Source of the DNA: an uncultured Spirochaetales bacterium | GTDB lineage: Bacteria > Myxococcota_A > UBA9160 > JAFDET01 | DNA: 64,000 nt | Direction: 5' to 3' | Assembly: GCA_964442285.1 (NCBI GenBank) | Contig: CAYTZH010000005.1 | Coordinates: 9,563 to 73,562, forward strand | Shown here: piece by piece, positions 15,921 to 25,608 of the stretch | How the letters are laid out: every line of letters begins with the position of its first letter | How positions within the stretch are numbered: position 1 is the first letter of the stretch | Notes under the pieces: generated by a model | What the model was told of the DNA's origin: nothing | The model's input: only the letters and a program-made list of their open reading frames with translations | Database searches by the model: none | Made by a program: the position numbers and the translations under genes

Positions 15921-18511
15921 CCGACGACGTTCACCAGCCGCCCCGGCACCACGATCACCTTCTTCGGATCCCGTCCCTGCAGATGGCGCTGCACGCCCTC
16001 GGTGGCCAGGGCGGCGGCCTCGATCGAGGCCCGGTCCGCGTCGGTCGCGATCTGGATCTCGTCGCGCTTCTTGCCGTTCACCTGGACCACCAGGCTCACC
16101 GTCGCCTCCGCGAGCAGGGACGCATCGGCCTCCGGCCATTCGGCCAGGGCCACGCTCTCCGTGTGGCCGAGCGCGCGCCACAGCTCCTCGGCCATGTGCG
16201 GCCCCAGGGGCGAGAGCATGCGCACCAGGGCGTCCGCGCAGACCCGGGGCAGCGGGCTCCCGACGTCCCGCACCAGCACCATCAGCTTCGAGATGGCCGT
16301 GTTGAAGCCCAGGGCCTCCATGTCCTCGGTGACGCCCGCCACGGTGCGCGCCAGGAGCTTGCGCTGCTCGAGCGAGGCCTCCTCGGCCAGGGGCTCCTCG
16401 GCCACCGCCCGCCACACCCGCTGCAGAAAGCGGTAGACCCCCGGGATGCCCTCCGTGGACCAGGGGGCGCCCTTGTCGAGGGGGCCCATGAACATCTCGT
16501 ACAGGCGCAGGGCGTCGGCGCCGTACTCCGCCACCACGTGGTCCGGGTTCTCGACGTTGCCCCGGCTCTTGGACATACGCTCGATGACCTCTTCGAGCAC
16601 CAGGTCCTGCTCGCTGGGGTGGAGCGGCGTGCCGTCCTCCCAGCGCACGTCCCGGTGGTGGATCCAGCGCGCCTTCACCTCGGCGCCGGTGGCCACCGCC
16701 ACCGCCTTCTCGCCCTCCACCCGGACCGCCGATGACGGGAAGCAGCGCGGGAGGACGTCCGGATCGTCGGCGACGTTGTCGTCGTAGTAGCGGTAGCTGT
16801 GGCCGAGGATCTGGCCGGGGTTGAGCAGGCGCTGGAACGGCTCCGGCGTGTGCACCGCGCCGATGTCGTAGAGCACCTTGTGCCAGAAGCGGGCGTAGAG
16901 GAGGTGCAGCACGGCGTGCTCCGCGCCCCCCACGTAGAGGTCCACCGGCATCCAGTAGCGCTCGGCTTCGGGCGCGCAGAAGGCCCCGTCGTTGCCCGGG
17001 TCGCAGAAGCGCAGGTAGTACCAGCAGCTCCCGGCCCAGTTGGGCATGGTGTTGATGTCGCGGCGGGCGGGCGCGCCCGTGTCCGGGTCCGTGGTGTGGA
17101 TCCAGTCCGAGGCCGACTCCAGGGGCGAGCGGCCGCCGTCGCGGGGGGCGTAGTCGTCGAGCTCGGGCAGGGTGACCGGGAGCTGGTCCTCCGCCACCAG
17201 CTTCACGCCCCCGTCCTCCAGGTGCAGCAGGGGGAAGGGCTCGCCCCAGTAGCGCTGGCGGCTGAACAGCCAGTCGCGCAGCTTGTAGGTGACCTCCCGC
17301 GCGCCGTGGCCCTCCGCCTCCAGCCAGTCGATCATGCGGGTCTTGGCCTCCGGCGTCGCGAGCCCGTCGAGGAAGTCGGAGTTCGCGGCCACGCCCGGCT
17401 CCGCGAAGGCGGCCCGGCCGACGTCGCCGCCCGCCACCACCTCGACGATGGGGAGGTCGAAGGTGCGGGCGAACTCCCAGTCGCGCTCGTCGTGGCCGGG
17501 GACGGCCATGATCGCGCCGGTCCCGTAGCTGGCGAGCACGTAGTCCGCGATCCAGACGGGGATCTCCCCGCCCCCCGCCGGATTGCGCGCGCGGGCGCCG
17601 GTGTCCACCCCCGTCTTGCTGGTGTCGGCGATCCGCGACCGCTCGCTCTTGCGGGCGGCGGCCTCCCGGTACGCGTCCACGGCGCCGCGCTGGGCGTCGG
17701 TCGTGATGGCCTCCACGAGCGGGTGCTCCGGGGCCAGCACCATGTAGGTGGCGCCGAACAGCGTGTCGGGCCGCGTGGTGAAGACCTCGATCACCGCGTC
17801 GCTCCCCACCACCGGGAAGCGCACCCGGGCGCCCTCGCTGCGGCCGATCCACTCGCGCTGCTGCTTCTTGATGGACTCGGGCCAGTCGAGCGGCTCCAGG
17901 TCGGACAGCAGGCGTTCGGCGTAGGCGGTGATCCGCAGCATCCACTGGCGCATGGGGACGCGCACGACCGGGTGGCCGCCGCGCTCGCTCCGGCCGTCGA
18001 TCACCTCCTCGTTGGAGAGCACCGTGCCCAGGTCGGGGCACCAGTTCACCGCCACCTCCGCCTCGTAGGCGAGGCCCCGCTCGTAGAGGCGGGTGAAGAT
18101 CCACTGGGTCCACTTCACGTAGCGGGGATCCGTGGTGTCGATCTCCCGCTCCCAGTCGTAGTCCATGCCCAGCGACTGGAGCTGGCGCCGGAAGGTGCCG
18201 ATGTTCTTCCGGGTGGTCAGCCGCGGGTGGGTTCCGGTCTGGATGGCGTACTGCTCGGCCGGCAGCCCGAAGGCGTCCCAGCCCATGGGATGGAGCACGT
18301 TGAACCCGCGCATGCGCTTGTAGCGCGAGAGCACGTCGGTGGCGATGTAGCCCTTGGGGTGACCCACGTGGAGCCCCTCGCCCGAGGGGTAGGGGAACAT
18401 GTCCAGCACGTAGAACTTGGGCCGCGACGGGTCGATCTCGGCCCGGAACGTGCCTTGCTCGCGCCAGTAGGTCTGCCAGCGGGGCTCGATCGCTTTCGGG
18501 TCGTAGGCCAT
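15917..18511 (-). CDS. leuS: Leucine--tRNA ligase
   Basis: [14 protein letters not shown] (HIGH), [27 protein letters not shown] (KMSKS), C-terminal VPGRLVNVV. Confidence 0.98.
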   Translation of the reverse strand: MAYDPKAIEPRWQTYWREQGTFRAEIDPSRPKFYVLDMFPYPSGEGLHVGHPKGYIATDVLSRYKRMRGFNVLHPMGWDAFGLPAEQYAIQTGTHPRLTTRKNIGTFRRQLQSLGMDYDWEREIDTTDPRYVKWTQWIFTRLYERGLAYEAEVAVNWCPDLGTVLSNEEVIDGRSERGGHPVVRVPMRQWMLRITAYAERLLSDLEPLDWPESIKKQQREWIGRSEGARVRFPVVGSDAVIEVFTTRPDTLFGATYMVLAPEHPLVEAITTDAQRGAVDAYREAAARKSERSRIADTSKTGVDTGARARNPAGGGEIPVWIADYVLASYGTGAIMAVPGHDERDWEFARTFDLPIVEVVAGGDVGRAAFAEPGVAANSDFLDGLATPEAKTRMIDWLEAEGHGAREVTYKLRDWLFSRQRYWGEPFPLLHLEDGGVKLVAEDQLPVTLPELDDYAPRDGGRSPLESASDWIHTTDPDTGAPARRDINTMPNWAGSCWYYLRFCDPGNDGAFCAPEAERYWMPVDLYVGGAEHAVLHLLYARFWHKVLYDIGAVHTPEPFQRLLNPGQILGHSYRYYDDNVADDPDVLPRCFPSSAVRVEGEKAVAVATGAEVKARWIHHRDVRWEDGTPLHPSEQDLVLEEVIERMSKSRGNVENPDHVVAEYGADALRLYEMFMGPLDKGAPWSTEGIPGVYRFLQRVWRAVAEEPLAEEASLEQRKLLARTVAGVTEDMEALGFNTAISKLMVLVRDVGSPLPRVCADALVRMLSPLGPHMAEELWRALGHTESVALAEWPEADASLLAEATVSLVVQVNGKKRDEIQIATDADRASIEAAALATEGVQRHLQGRDPKKVIVVPGRLVNVVG

Positions 18512-18534
18512 CGGGCCGGTAGGGTGCCGGCCGC

Positions 18535-18597
18535 GCACCGGGTCCGCCAGGGGCGGCACCGGGTCCGCCAGGGGCGGCACCGGGTCTGCCGGGGGCG
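18535..18597. repeat. 21-bp tandem repeat x3 (GCACCGGGTCCGCCAGGGGCG) in the leuS/ppsR divergent intergenic region
   Basis: Two exact copies plus a third with 2 mismatches. Confidence 0.95.
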
Positions 18598-18615
18598 TCT
18601 GGTAGGCTCGGGGGC

Positions 18616-19428
18616 GTGTCGGGCACCCGTCCCGAGATCTTCGTCGTGTCGGATGGCACCGGGGAGACCGCGGCTGCGGTGGTCCGGGCGGTGATGGCCC
18701 AGTTCCGCTCCGCCTGGCGGCTGCGGACCTTCACCGAGGTCCGCAGCGTGGCCCAGGCGGAGCGGGTGGTGGCGCTGGCGGCCGCCTCCGGGGCCATCGT
18801 GGTCTTCACCCTGGTCAACGAGAAGGTGGCCGGCGCGCTCCTGGAACGGGCCGCGGAGCACGGGCTGCCCACCGTGGATCTGCTCGGGCCCGTGATCGCC
18901 CGGGTGGCCGAGCACATGCAGACCGAGCCCCGGGCCGAGCCCGGGCTCCTGCACGGCTTCTCCAGCGAGTACTTCCAGCGGGTGGAGGCCGTGGAGTTCG
19001 CCGTGCGCCACGACGACGGGGCCAACCTCCACACCCTGTTCCGGGCCGACCTGGTGCTTGCGGGCGTGTCCCGGACCTCGAAGACGCCCCTGTCCATGTA
19101 CCTGGCCCAGCGCGGCCTGCGCACGGGCAACGTGCCCCTGCTGTCCGGCATCGAGCCGCCGCGGGAGCTCCTGGACCTGGATCCGGCCAAGGTGATCGGG
19201 CTGACGGTCCACCGCAGCACGCTCGTCGACGTGCGTCGGGCGCGGGCCCGGGCGCTGGGCGCCTCGCCGTCGTCGACCTACGCCGATCCCGACATGGTCT
19301 ACGAGGAGCTGCGCCACGCCCGCCGGCTCTTCCGCGAGCGCGGCTGGCGGGTCGTCGACATCACGGGCCGGGCCGTCGAGGAGAACGCCGCCCGCATCCT
19401 CGATCTGCTCGAGCGCCCCCGGAGCTAG
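18616..19428 (+). CDS. ppsR: PEP synthase/pyruvate phosphate dikinase regulatory kinase-pyrophosphorylase (DUF299)
   Basis: [48 protein letters not shown]. Confidence 0.95.
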   Translation: MSGTRPEIFVVSDGTGETAAAVVRAVMAQFRSAWRLRTFTEVRSVAQAERVVALAAASGAIVVFTLVNEKVAGALLERAAEHGLPTVDLLGPVIARVAEHMQTEPRAEPGLLHGFSSEYFQRVEAVEFAVRHDDGANLHTLFRADLVLAGVSRTSKTPLSMYLAQRGLRTGNVPLLSGIEPPRELLDLDPAKVIGLTVHRSTLVDVRRARARALGASPSSTYADPDMVYEELRHARRLFRERGWRVVDITGRAVEENAARILDLLERPRS

Positions 19429-22400
19429 GCCTCGGCTTCGCGCTCTCGCTGGGCCTTCAGCGCCTCCTTCTGCTCGTCCGTGAGCAGGGCCCGGGCGAAG
19501 TTCGGCTGGATGATCGAGTAGAAGGCCGGCACGATCGTGATCGCGCCGATCATGTTGATCACCATCAGGATGACCAGCAGCTGGGCCATCTCCGCCTGGA
19601 AGCGCAGGCTCGAGGCCGCCCAGGTGAAGATGCCGCCCACGATCGTGGTGGCCGTGAAGGTCACCGCCATGCCCGTCGTGCGCACGGCCCGGCGGATGGC
19701 CTCGTCGATGTCGCCGCCCGTCTCGGCCACCTCCTGGCGGATTCGGTCGACGATGTAGATCGCGTAGTCCACCCCGATGCCCACGCCCACGGACTGCACC
19801 GGCAGCGTGTTCACGTTCAGGCCGACGCCCTTCACCGCCATGTAGGCCAGGGAGATCATGGTGGCGGTGGCCAGCTGGATCACGATGATGGTCCCGCTCC
19901 ACAGCGACCCGTAGGTCAGGGCCTGGAGCACGTAGATCACCAGCAGGATCAGGGAGATGTTGGCCACGTGGCCGCGCTCCACCTCGTCGTTGATGGCGGC
20001 CAGCACGCCCATGGAGCCCCCGGCCATCACGTACTGCATGCCGCGGGTCCAGGAGCTGGTGAGCTGGTACGAGGGCTCGCCGTCCACGGCCTTCAGGTCG
20101 TGGACGATCAGGTCCTTGGTGCTGACCGCGATGGCCCGCACGCCGAGCTCCTCGTCGGCCCACCACTCGTCCACGTCGCTCACCTCCCAATCGGCGAGCG
20201 TCTCGGGCCACGGGAAGTAGCGGTCCTCGGGCCAGTCGTAGAGGGTCTCTTCGAAGTCGGCGATGGCGCCTTCGCGGAACTCCTCGATCCAGTCCGGGAG
20301 GCCGTCTTCGGTGACCCGCTTCACGTCCTTGGACTGGTAGACGCCGTTGTCGCGCACCCGGACCTTGAGCGTGTGCTCGCGCGGGCCCGTGCCGAGCCAG
20401 GTGAGCGGCGGCATCTCCAGCACCGGCCCGATCATGTAGTAGAGGGCGTCCGCCAGGCCCTCCCGGTCGAAGAGGCCGGCGCCTGCGGCCACCTGGTTCT
20501 TCTCCAGTCGGACGGTCACCTCGCCCAGGGGATGGCGATCGATGAACTCCTCGGCGGTGACCACCGCCCGGCGGATGGTCTCGCCCTTGTGGTCCGGGTA
20601 GAAGAACGAGATGTTGGCGTCCTTGCCGTCGTCGGTCATGAACGGCCGCAGGAACCCGGGCGGTCCATTCGTCTGGAGCTGGAAGATGATGCCCCGCACC
20701 GTCGCGGGGTCGCCCGGGACGAAGTGCCACTTCGGGTCGCCGTAGTGGTTCATCTGCCAGGATCCACGGATGAAGGGCACCAGGGACACCGACGCGCCCA
20801 GGTTGGTGTGCACGAACATGAAGCGCTCGAACTCCTCCATGCTGTGGATGGGCTGGGCGTCGGCACTGGCGTTGGAGCGGTCGCCGTTGGCGTACACCAC
20901 CATCGAGTCCACCCCGCCGAAGCGGTCGGCGATCTCCGCGGTGGCGACGTTGAATTCGTGGTCTGGCCAGAGCAGGAACGAGCCCGGGTTCGATTCCCCG
21001 ATCGTGGAGCGGGTGAAGACCAGGTAGAGGGAGCCGGCCAGAAGCAGCACCGACACCGCGGCCACGGCGTACTTGCCCACGGCGTTCGTGCAGAAGTTCC
21101 CCACCGACCGCAGCAGGCGGACCATGAAGCCCGGCGTGTAGTGCTCGGGCTCGTGCGGCGGGGGCAGGTAGCAGATCATCACCGGGTGGAGGATCTCCAC
21201 GGTGAACAGGATCGTCGCCACCCAGAAGGCGCCGAAGATGGCCAGGTCGCGCATCTGCTGGATCGACGTGCTGAGGATCACCAGCAGGCCGAGGAAGTCG
21301 GTGACGATGCCCAGGGTGCCGGGGACGATCAGCTCGCCCATGGCCACCGTGGCAGCCTCGATCTTGGAGCGCTCTTCGTCGCCGTCGAAGCGCTCCATCA
21401 TGATTTCGTAGTCTTCGAAGAAGCGTTCGGCCATCTGCACCGTGTGCGAGACGGCGCGGGCGGTGATGATCATCGGGATCACCAGCACCAGTGGGTCGAA
21501 GGTGATCCCCGCCCAGCCGGTGAAGCCGAGGCCCCAGAGCGCCGTGGCGATGGCCGCGATGAAGGGGATCAGCACGCCGTGGAGCCGCCGGAAGTAGGCG
21601 AGCAGCAGGCCGAAGGTGACGACCACCGTGAGGATCACGAACAGCGAGATCTCGAAGGCGTGCTTGAGCAGCCAGCCCACGTGGACGGGGCCGCCCGAGA
21701 CGAAGAGCTGCAGGTCACAGCCTGGGGGCCAGGAGCGGTTCGAGGACGAGCCCACGAAGAGGCGCTTCATCGACTGGGCCAGGCTGCCCGCGCCGCGGAC
21801 CAGGAAGTTGGCGTCCTGGGCCGGGCGGCAGGCCGGGTCCTCGAACTCCTGCTTGATGTCCGTCACGTGGTTGAAGACGGCGGTGTAGACCTCCCGGCTC
21901 GACAGCCGGTCCGTCACGAAGCCGGCGGCGATGAGCGCTCCCTGCTCGTCGCGCGAGACCAGCCGGCCGAAGATGAACGGCGGGTTCTGGCGCACCAGCT
22001 CGCGCAGGGAGTCGGCCTCCTCCTGCGTCTCCGGCGGGCCGCCCTTCATGAGCACGTCGGAGGTGATCGAGCCGTCGGGCTCGATCTGGATCACCCGCGT
22101 CGAGCCATGCGCGATCGACTGGATCTGGTAGTGGTTGACCGGGTAGGGGGGATAGGTCTGGTCGAGGATCTTGTTGATCTCGACGGGCTCGAGCTCGCGC
22201 TCCTCCAGCTCGAAGCGCAGCTCCTCCCGCGCGTCGGTCTGGCTGTCGTAGCCGAGGCCGTCCAGCCGCTTGGTGATGGCGTCGATCTTCTGGAGGATCT
22301 CCGGCGTGAAGATCGTGCCCTCCTTCACCACGACCGCGATCACCACCAGGGCCGAGGTGCCGAACTGGGCGGCGAACTTGTCCTGGGCGGCGATGAAGGG

Positions 22401-22619
22401 ATGGTCCGGCCAGAGCGCGCGCTCACTGGCGTCCAGGCGCACCTTCGGCCCCGGGAGCTCGAGCCCCAGGGGAGTCGTGATGGCGTTCATCGTCGGGTAC
22501 AAGAAGAAGAGCGTCGTGAGGATCAGGAAGCTGGCCACCCAGCCCCGGTGCTTCACGACCCAGCGTGCGAATTTCAGTGTCGCGGTCTCGCGGGTGTGGT
22601 GACTCGGAATGTCCGCCAT
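19425..22619 (-). CDS. RND superfamily / MMPL-type exporter with large extracytoplasmic insertions
   Basis: Two repeats of TM + periplasmic domain + 5 TM; ARAVSHTVQ, GVGIGVDYAIY, LRFQAEM. Confidence 0.9.
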   Translation of the reverse strand: MADIPSHHTRETATLKFARWVVKHRGWVASFLILTTLFFLYPTMNAITTPLGLELPGPKVRLDASERALWPDHPFIAAQDKFAAQFGTSALVVIAVVVKEGTIFTPEILQKIDAITKRLDGLGYDSQTDAREELRFELEERELEPVEINKILDQTYPPYPVNHYQIQSIAHGSTRVIQIEPDGSITSDVLMKGGPPETQEEADSLRELVRQNPPFIFGRLVSRDEQGALIAAGFVTDRLSSREVYTAVFNHVTDIKQEFEDPACRPAQDANFLVRGAGSLAQSMKRLFVGSSSNRSWPPGCDLQLFVSGGPVHVGWLLKHAFEISLFVILTVVVTFGLLLAYFRRLHGVLIPFIAAIATALWGLGFTGWAGITFDPLVLVIPMIITARAVSHTVQMAERFFEDYEIMMERFDGDEERSKIEAATVAMGELIVPGTLGIVTDFLGLLVILSTSIQQMRDLAIFGAFWVATILFTVEILHPVMICYLPPPHEPEHYTPGFMVRLLRSVGNFCTNAVGKYAVAAVSVLLLAGSLYLVFTRSTIGESNPGSFLLWPDHEFNVATAEIADRFGGVDSMVVYANGDRSNASADAQPIHSMEEFERFMFVHTNLGASVSLVPFIRGSWQMNHYGDPKWHFVPGDPATVRGIIFQLQTNGPPGFLRPFMTDDGKDANISFFYPDHKGETIRRAVVTAEEFIDRHPLGEVTVRLEKNQVAAGAGLFDREGLADALYYMIGPVLEMPPLTWLGTGPREHTLKVRVRDNGVYQSKDVKRVTEDGLPDWIEEFREGAIADFEETLYDWPEDRYFPWPETLADWEVSDVDEWWADEELGVRAIAVSTKDLIVHDLKAVDGEPSYQLTSSWTRGMQYVMAGGSMGVLAAINDEVERGHVANISLILLVIYVLQALTYGSLWSGTIIVIQLATATMISLAYMAVKGVGLNVNTLPVQSVGVGIGVDYAIYIVDRIRQEVAETGGDIDEAIRRAVRTTGMAVTFTATTIVGGIFTWAASSLRFQAEMAQLLVILMVINMIGAITIVPAFYSIIQPNFARALLTDEQKEALKAQREREAEA

Positions 22620-22774
22620 GGCTCCTTCTCGCTCCCCCTGTCGTGACCCCCGCTGGGGTCCTTCGATCCCGGTGCGCGAAACGGAGAGACAACGGACCCG
22701 CGAGGTGGAACACCCCGGCGTCCGAACGCTTTCCCCTCGAGCAACGCCGCCGCCCAGCCCGGCGGCAACCCGGC

Positions 22775-22803
22775 ACGTTATTTGGGTGACGTCTCGGGGT
22801 CAA
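22775..22803 (-). promoter_or_regulatory. Sigma70 promoter TTGACC-N17-TAACGT for the RND/MMPL gene
   Basis: Near-consensus hexamers with 17-nt spacer in an AT-richer patch. Confidence 0.7.
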
Positions 22804-22928
22804 GCGGATGCCGCAAGCGGCGTTCCGGCGTTCTCCCGAGCGACGCCCCGGGCGGCATCCAGCCCGATCCGCGCCGGGGTTCGACACCCGGGGGGAGCCC
22901 TCCGTTTCGGAGATCGCGGCGGCGCGCC

Positions 22929-23948
22929 GTGACGGGTCGCCCCCGTGTCTACGCCACGCGGCGCTTCCCCGGGGCCGCCTTCGAGGGCCTCGCCGAGCGG
23001 GTGGCCCTGGAGGTCTGCGAACGCGTCGGGGGCCCGGAGCGGGCCGAGCTGCGGGCCCGCGCCCGCGAGGCCGATGGGCTGCTCTGCGCGCTCACCGATG
23101 CGATCGATGCCGAGGTCATGGGGGAATCGCCCCGGCTTCGGGTCGTCTCCAGCTGCTCGGTCGGCGTCGATCATGTGGACCTGGCCGCTGCCACGGCCCG
23201 GGGTCTCCCGGTCGGGAACACCCCCGGCGTGCTCACCGAGACGACCGCGGACCTGGCCTTCGCTCTCCTGCTCGCCGCCGCCCGGCGGATTCCCGAGGCC
23301 GACCGCTTCGTGCGGGACGGGTCGTGGACGCCGGAGCGGCGCTGGGAGCCGGACCTGCTGCTGGGCCGGGATCTGCAGGGTGCGGTGCTGGGTCTGGTGG
23401 GTCTCGGGCCCATCGGGCGCGCGGTCGCCCGCCGCGCCCGCGGCTTCGGGATGCGCGTGCTGGGCTGGTCCCGGAGCGCCCACCCGGAGGCCCGGGCCGA
23501 CGGCGTGGAGCCGGTGGGGCTGGCCGAGCTCCTGGCCGCTTCGGACTTCGTGAGCCTCCACGTGGCCCTCGCCCCCGAGACCCGCCACCTCATCGGTGCC
23601 GAGGCCCTGGCCCGCATGAAGGACACGGCCGTGCTGGTCAACACGGCCCGTGGCGAGGTGGTGGACCAGGCGGCGCTGGTGTCGGCCCTGGCGGCGGGCC
23701 GTCTCGGCGGCGCCGCGCTGGACGTGTTCGAGGCGGAGCCGCTGCCGCCGGGGAGCCCCCTGCTCGGGCTTCCGAACGTCGTTCTCGCGCCCCACATCGG
23801 GAGTGCCAGCGTCGCCACCCGTCGGCGGATGGCGGACCTGGCCGTGGAGAACCTGTTGGCCGGGCTCGAGGGCCGGCGACTTCCCCACTGCGCCAACCCC
23901 GACGTCTACGCCGGTGCCCCGGCCCGCCCCGACCCCTTCGGCGCCTAG
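22929..23948 (+). CDS. D-glycerate dehydrogenase / glyoxylate reductase
   Basis: SVGVDHVD, NTPGVLTETTADLAF, GLGPIG, NTARGEVVD, LDVFEAEP, PHIGSAS. Confidence 0.93.
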   Translation: MTGRPRVYATRRFPGAAFEGLAERVALEVCERVGGPERAELRARAREADGLLCALTDAIDAEVMGESPRLRVVSSCSVGVDHVDLAAATARGLPVGNTPGVLTETTADLAFALLLAAARRIPEADRFVRDGSWTPERRWEPDLLLGRDLQGAVLGLVGLGPIGRAVARRARGFGMRVLGWSRSAHPEARADGVEPVGLAELLAASDFVSLHVALAPETRHLIGAEALARMKDTAVLVNTARGEVVDQAALVSALAAGRLGGAALDVFEAEPLPPGSPLLGLPNVVLAPHIGSASVATRRRMADLAVENLLAGLEGRRLPHCANPDVYAGAPARPDPFGA

Positions 23949-24418
23949 GCCCGACCCGGGTCCTCCCGCGCCGGGGCCCGCGCCGACCCCTCCGGCGCCC
24001 GCCGCGCGCGGCAGGCGGCGAGGAACTCGCCGGGCGCGACGATCCGGGCACCCCGGCGGCGCGCCCGCTCGGCCAGGCGCCGGTCCGCCGTCACCAGCCG
24101 GATCGCGCCGGGATCCACCGCCGACCGCACCTGCGTCAGCAGCCAGGCGTCGGCGGACGGGGCGAAGACCGTGCGCACGCCCGTCTCGTCCTCGGGCGCC
24201 TCGGGGGCCGGGTGGGGGCCGTCGAAGACCACGAAGACCCGGGTCCGCGGGTCTTCGCCGGCGCAGAAGGCGCGGGCCTCGTCCAGGAGCTCGGCGCGGC
24301 GCGCCCCGCTCCACCAGTCGTCCCGATCCCGGCCCCGGAGCAGGCCCACCTGGATCGCGTTGAAGCCGTCCACCAGCCAGGTCTCCGGGGACCGCTCCTC
24401 GGGGGCGCAGGGCGACAT
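23945..24418 (-). CDS. YacP-like NYN domain RNase (alternative upstream start 24613)
   Basis: LVDGFN, VVFDG, SADAW, VTADRRL acidic NYN motifs. Confidence 0.82.
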   Translation of the reverse strand: MSPCAPEERSPETWLVDGFNAIQVGLLRGRDRDDWWSGARRAELLDEARAFCAGEDPRTRVFVVFDGPHPAPEAPEDETGVRTVFAPSADAWLLTQVRSAVDPGAIRLVTADRRLAERARRRGARIVAPGEFLAACRARRAPEGSARAPAREDPGRA

Positions 24419-24526
24419 CGAAGCGGGAGCATAGGCCGCCGGCGCGTCTGCGAGGGGTGGGGGCAGGAGCAGGCGCGGGCCCGCCCCGAGGGCCAGGCCC
24501 AGGAGGGCGAAGCCCCCCAGTACGCC

Positions 24527-24595
24527 CAGGCTCTGGGCCGCGCCCAGGACCGGTCCGCGCAGGCTCTGGGCCGCGCCCAGGACCGGTCCGCGCAG
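24527..24595. repeat. 33-bp tandem repeat x2 (CAGGCTCTGGGCCGCGCCCAGGACCGGTCCGCG)
   Basis: Two exact copies read from the sequence. Confidence 0.95.
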
Positions 24596-24741
24596 CTGCG
24601 AGATCGACGGCATCGGTTCGCCTCCCGTGTTGCGCCGCCAGGATCCCGGGGCGGTGTGACAGCGCCGGTCACGTGGGAGCCGGGGTTCCGCCGGCGGGAG
24701 GCCGTTGCGGCCGGCGCGCCCCTGACCTACCCCGACGGGCG

Positions 24742-25608
24742 ATGAGCCCGCCGCTCCGGGTCGGTCTGGTCCAACGGGCCTGCTCCGACGACCTCGACGC
24801 CAATCTCGCCCGCGCCCTGGAGGGGGTGGCGGACGCCGCCGGACGCGGCGCCACGCTCGTCTGCCTGCAGGAGCTCTTCCGCTCCCGCTACTTCTGCCAG
24901 CGCGAGGACGCTGCCCTCTTCGACCTGGCCGAGCCGGTCCCCGGCCCGACCACCGAGGCCCTCGCCAAGGCGGCGGCCGCCCACGGCGTGGCCCTGGTGG
25001 GCTCGGTCTTCGAGCGACGCGCCGAGGGCGTCTACCACAACACCGCCGTGGTGCTCGACAGCGACGGCCGACTCGCGGGTGTGTACCGCAAGATGCACAT
25101 CCCGGACGATCCGCTCTACTACGAGAAGTTCTACTTCACCCCGGGCGACCTGGGCTTCCTGGCCATTCCCACCCGTCCGGCCCGGGTCGGTCCGCTCGTG
25201 TGCTGGGACCAGTGGTTTCCCGAGGCCGCGCGCCTGACGGCCCTCGCCGGGGCCCAGGTCCTCGTCTACCCCACGGCCATCGGCTGGCAGTTCGACGAGG
25301 GCGACGCGGTCGACGCCGCCCAGCACGACGCCTGGGAGACCGCCCAGCGGGCCCATGCCATCGCCAACGGGGTCTTCGTCGTCGCCGTGAACCGGGTCGG
25401 GCCCGAGGGCGACATCCGCTTCTGGGGGCAGTCCTTCGTGGCCGATCCCTTCGGCCGGGTGCTCGAGCGCGCCCCGGCCGACGCCGAGGCGGTGCTCGTG
25501 GTGGAGTGCGATCTCGCCGCCATCGAGCGGGTGCGCCGCGACTGGCCCTTCCTGCGCGACCGCCGCATCGACGCCTACGCCGAGCTGACCCGACGCCTGC
25601 GTGACTGA
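24742..25608 (+). CDS. aguB: N-carbamoylputrescine amidase-like carbon-nitrogen hydrolase
   Basis: LQELF, YRKMHIPDDPLYYEKFYF, VCWDQWFPE, WPFLRDRR; adjacent to agmatine deiminase. Confidence 0.9.
   Translation: MSPPLRVGLVQRACSDDLDANLARALEGVADAAGRGATLVCLQELFRSRYFCQREDAALFDLAEPVPGPTTEALAKAAAAHGVALVGSVFERRAEGVYHNTAVVLDSDGRLAGVYRKMHIPDDPLYYEKFYFTPGDLGFLAIPTRPARVGPLVCWDQWFPEAARLTALAGAQVLVYPTAIGWQFDEGDAVDAAQHDAWETAQRAHAIANGVFVVAVNRVGPEGDIRFWGQSFVADPFGRVLERAPADAEAVLVVECDLAAIERVRRDWPFLRDRRIDAYAELTRRLRD

Noticed and set aside
18512-18580. N-terminal extension of LeuS ([15 protein letters not shown]) in the ORF track
   Set aside because: Derived from the intergenic tandem repeat; the typical LeuS start MAYDPKAIE is at 18511
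18535-18597. Repeats considered as a mini CRISPR array (also 5655-5709 and 24527-24595)
   Set aside because: Head-to-tail units with no spacers, and no cas genes in the window
14607-19220. 1537-aa minus-strand ORF and many other long Arg/Pro/Gly/Ala-rich ORFs (e.g. 10863-14126, 19968-22646, and the upstream part of 46093-49995)
   Set aside because: Shadow frames of real genes caused by stop-codon scarcity at very high GC; no motifs and biased composition
22874-22892. GGGTTCGACACCC resembling a tRNA T-arm
   Set aside because: No acceptor, D or anticodon arms can be built around it
23945-24418. NYN, DHH and EEP nucleases as parts of an anti-phage defence system
   Set aside because: They are scattered among housekeeping genes with no defence-type partners or mobile context
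24655-24673. TGTGA...TCACG possible CRP site upstream of aguB
   Set aside because: Spacer is 9 nt rather than 6
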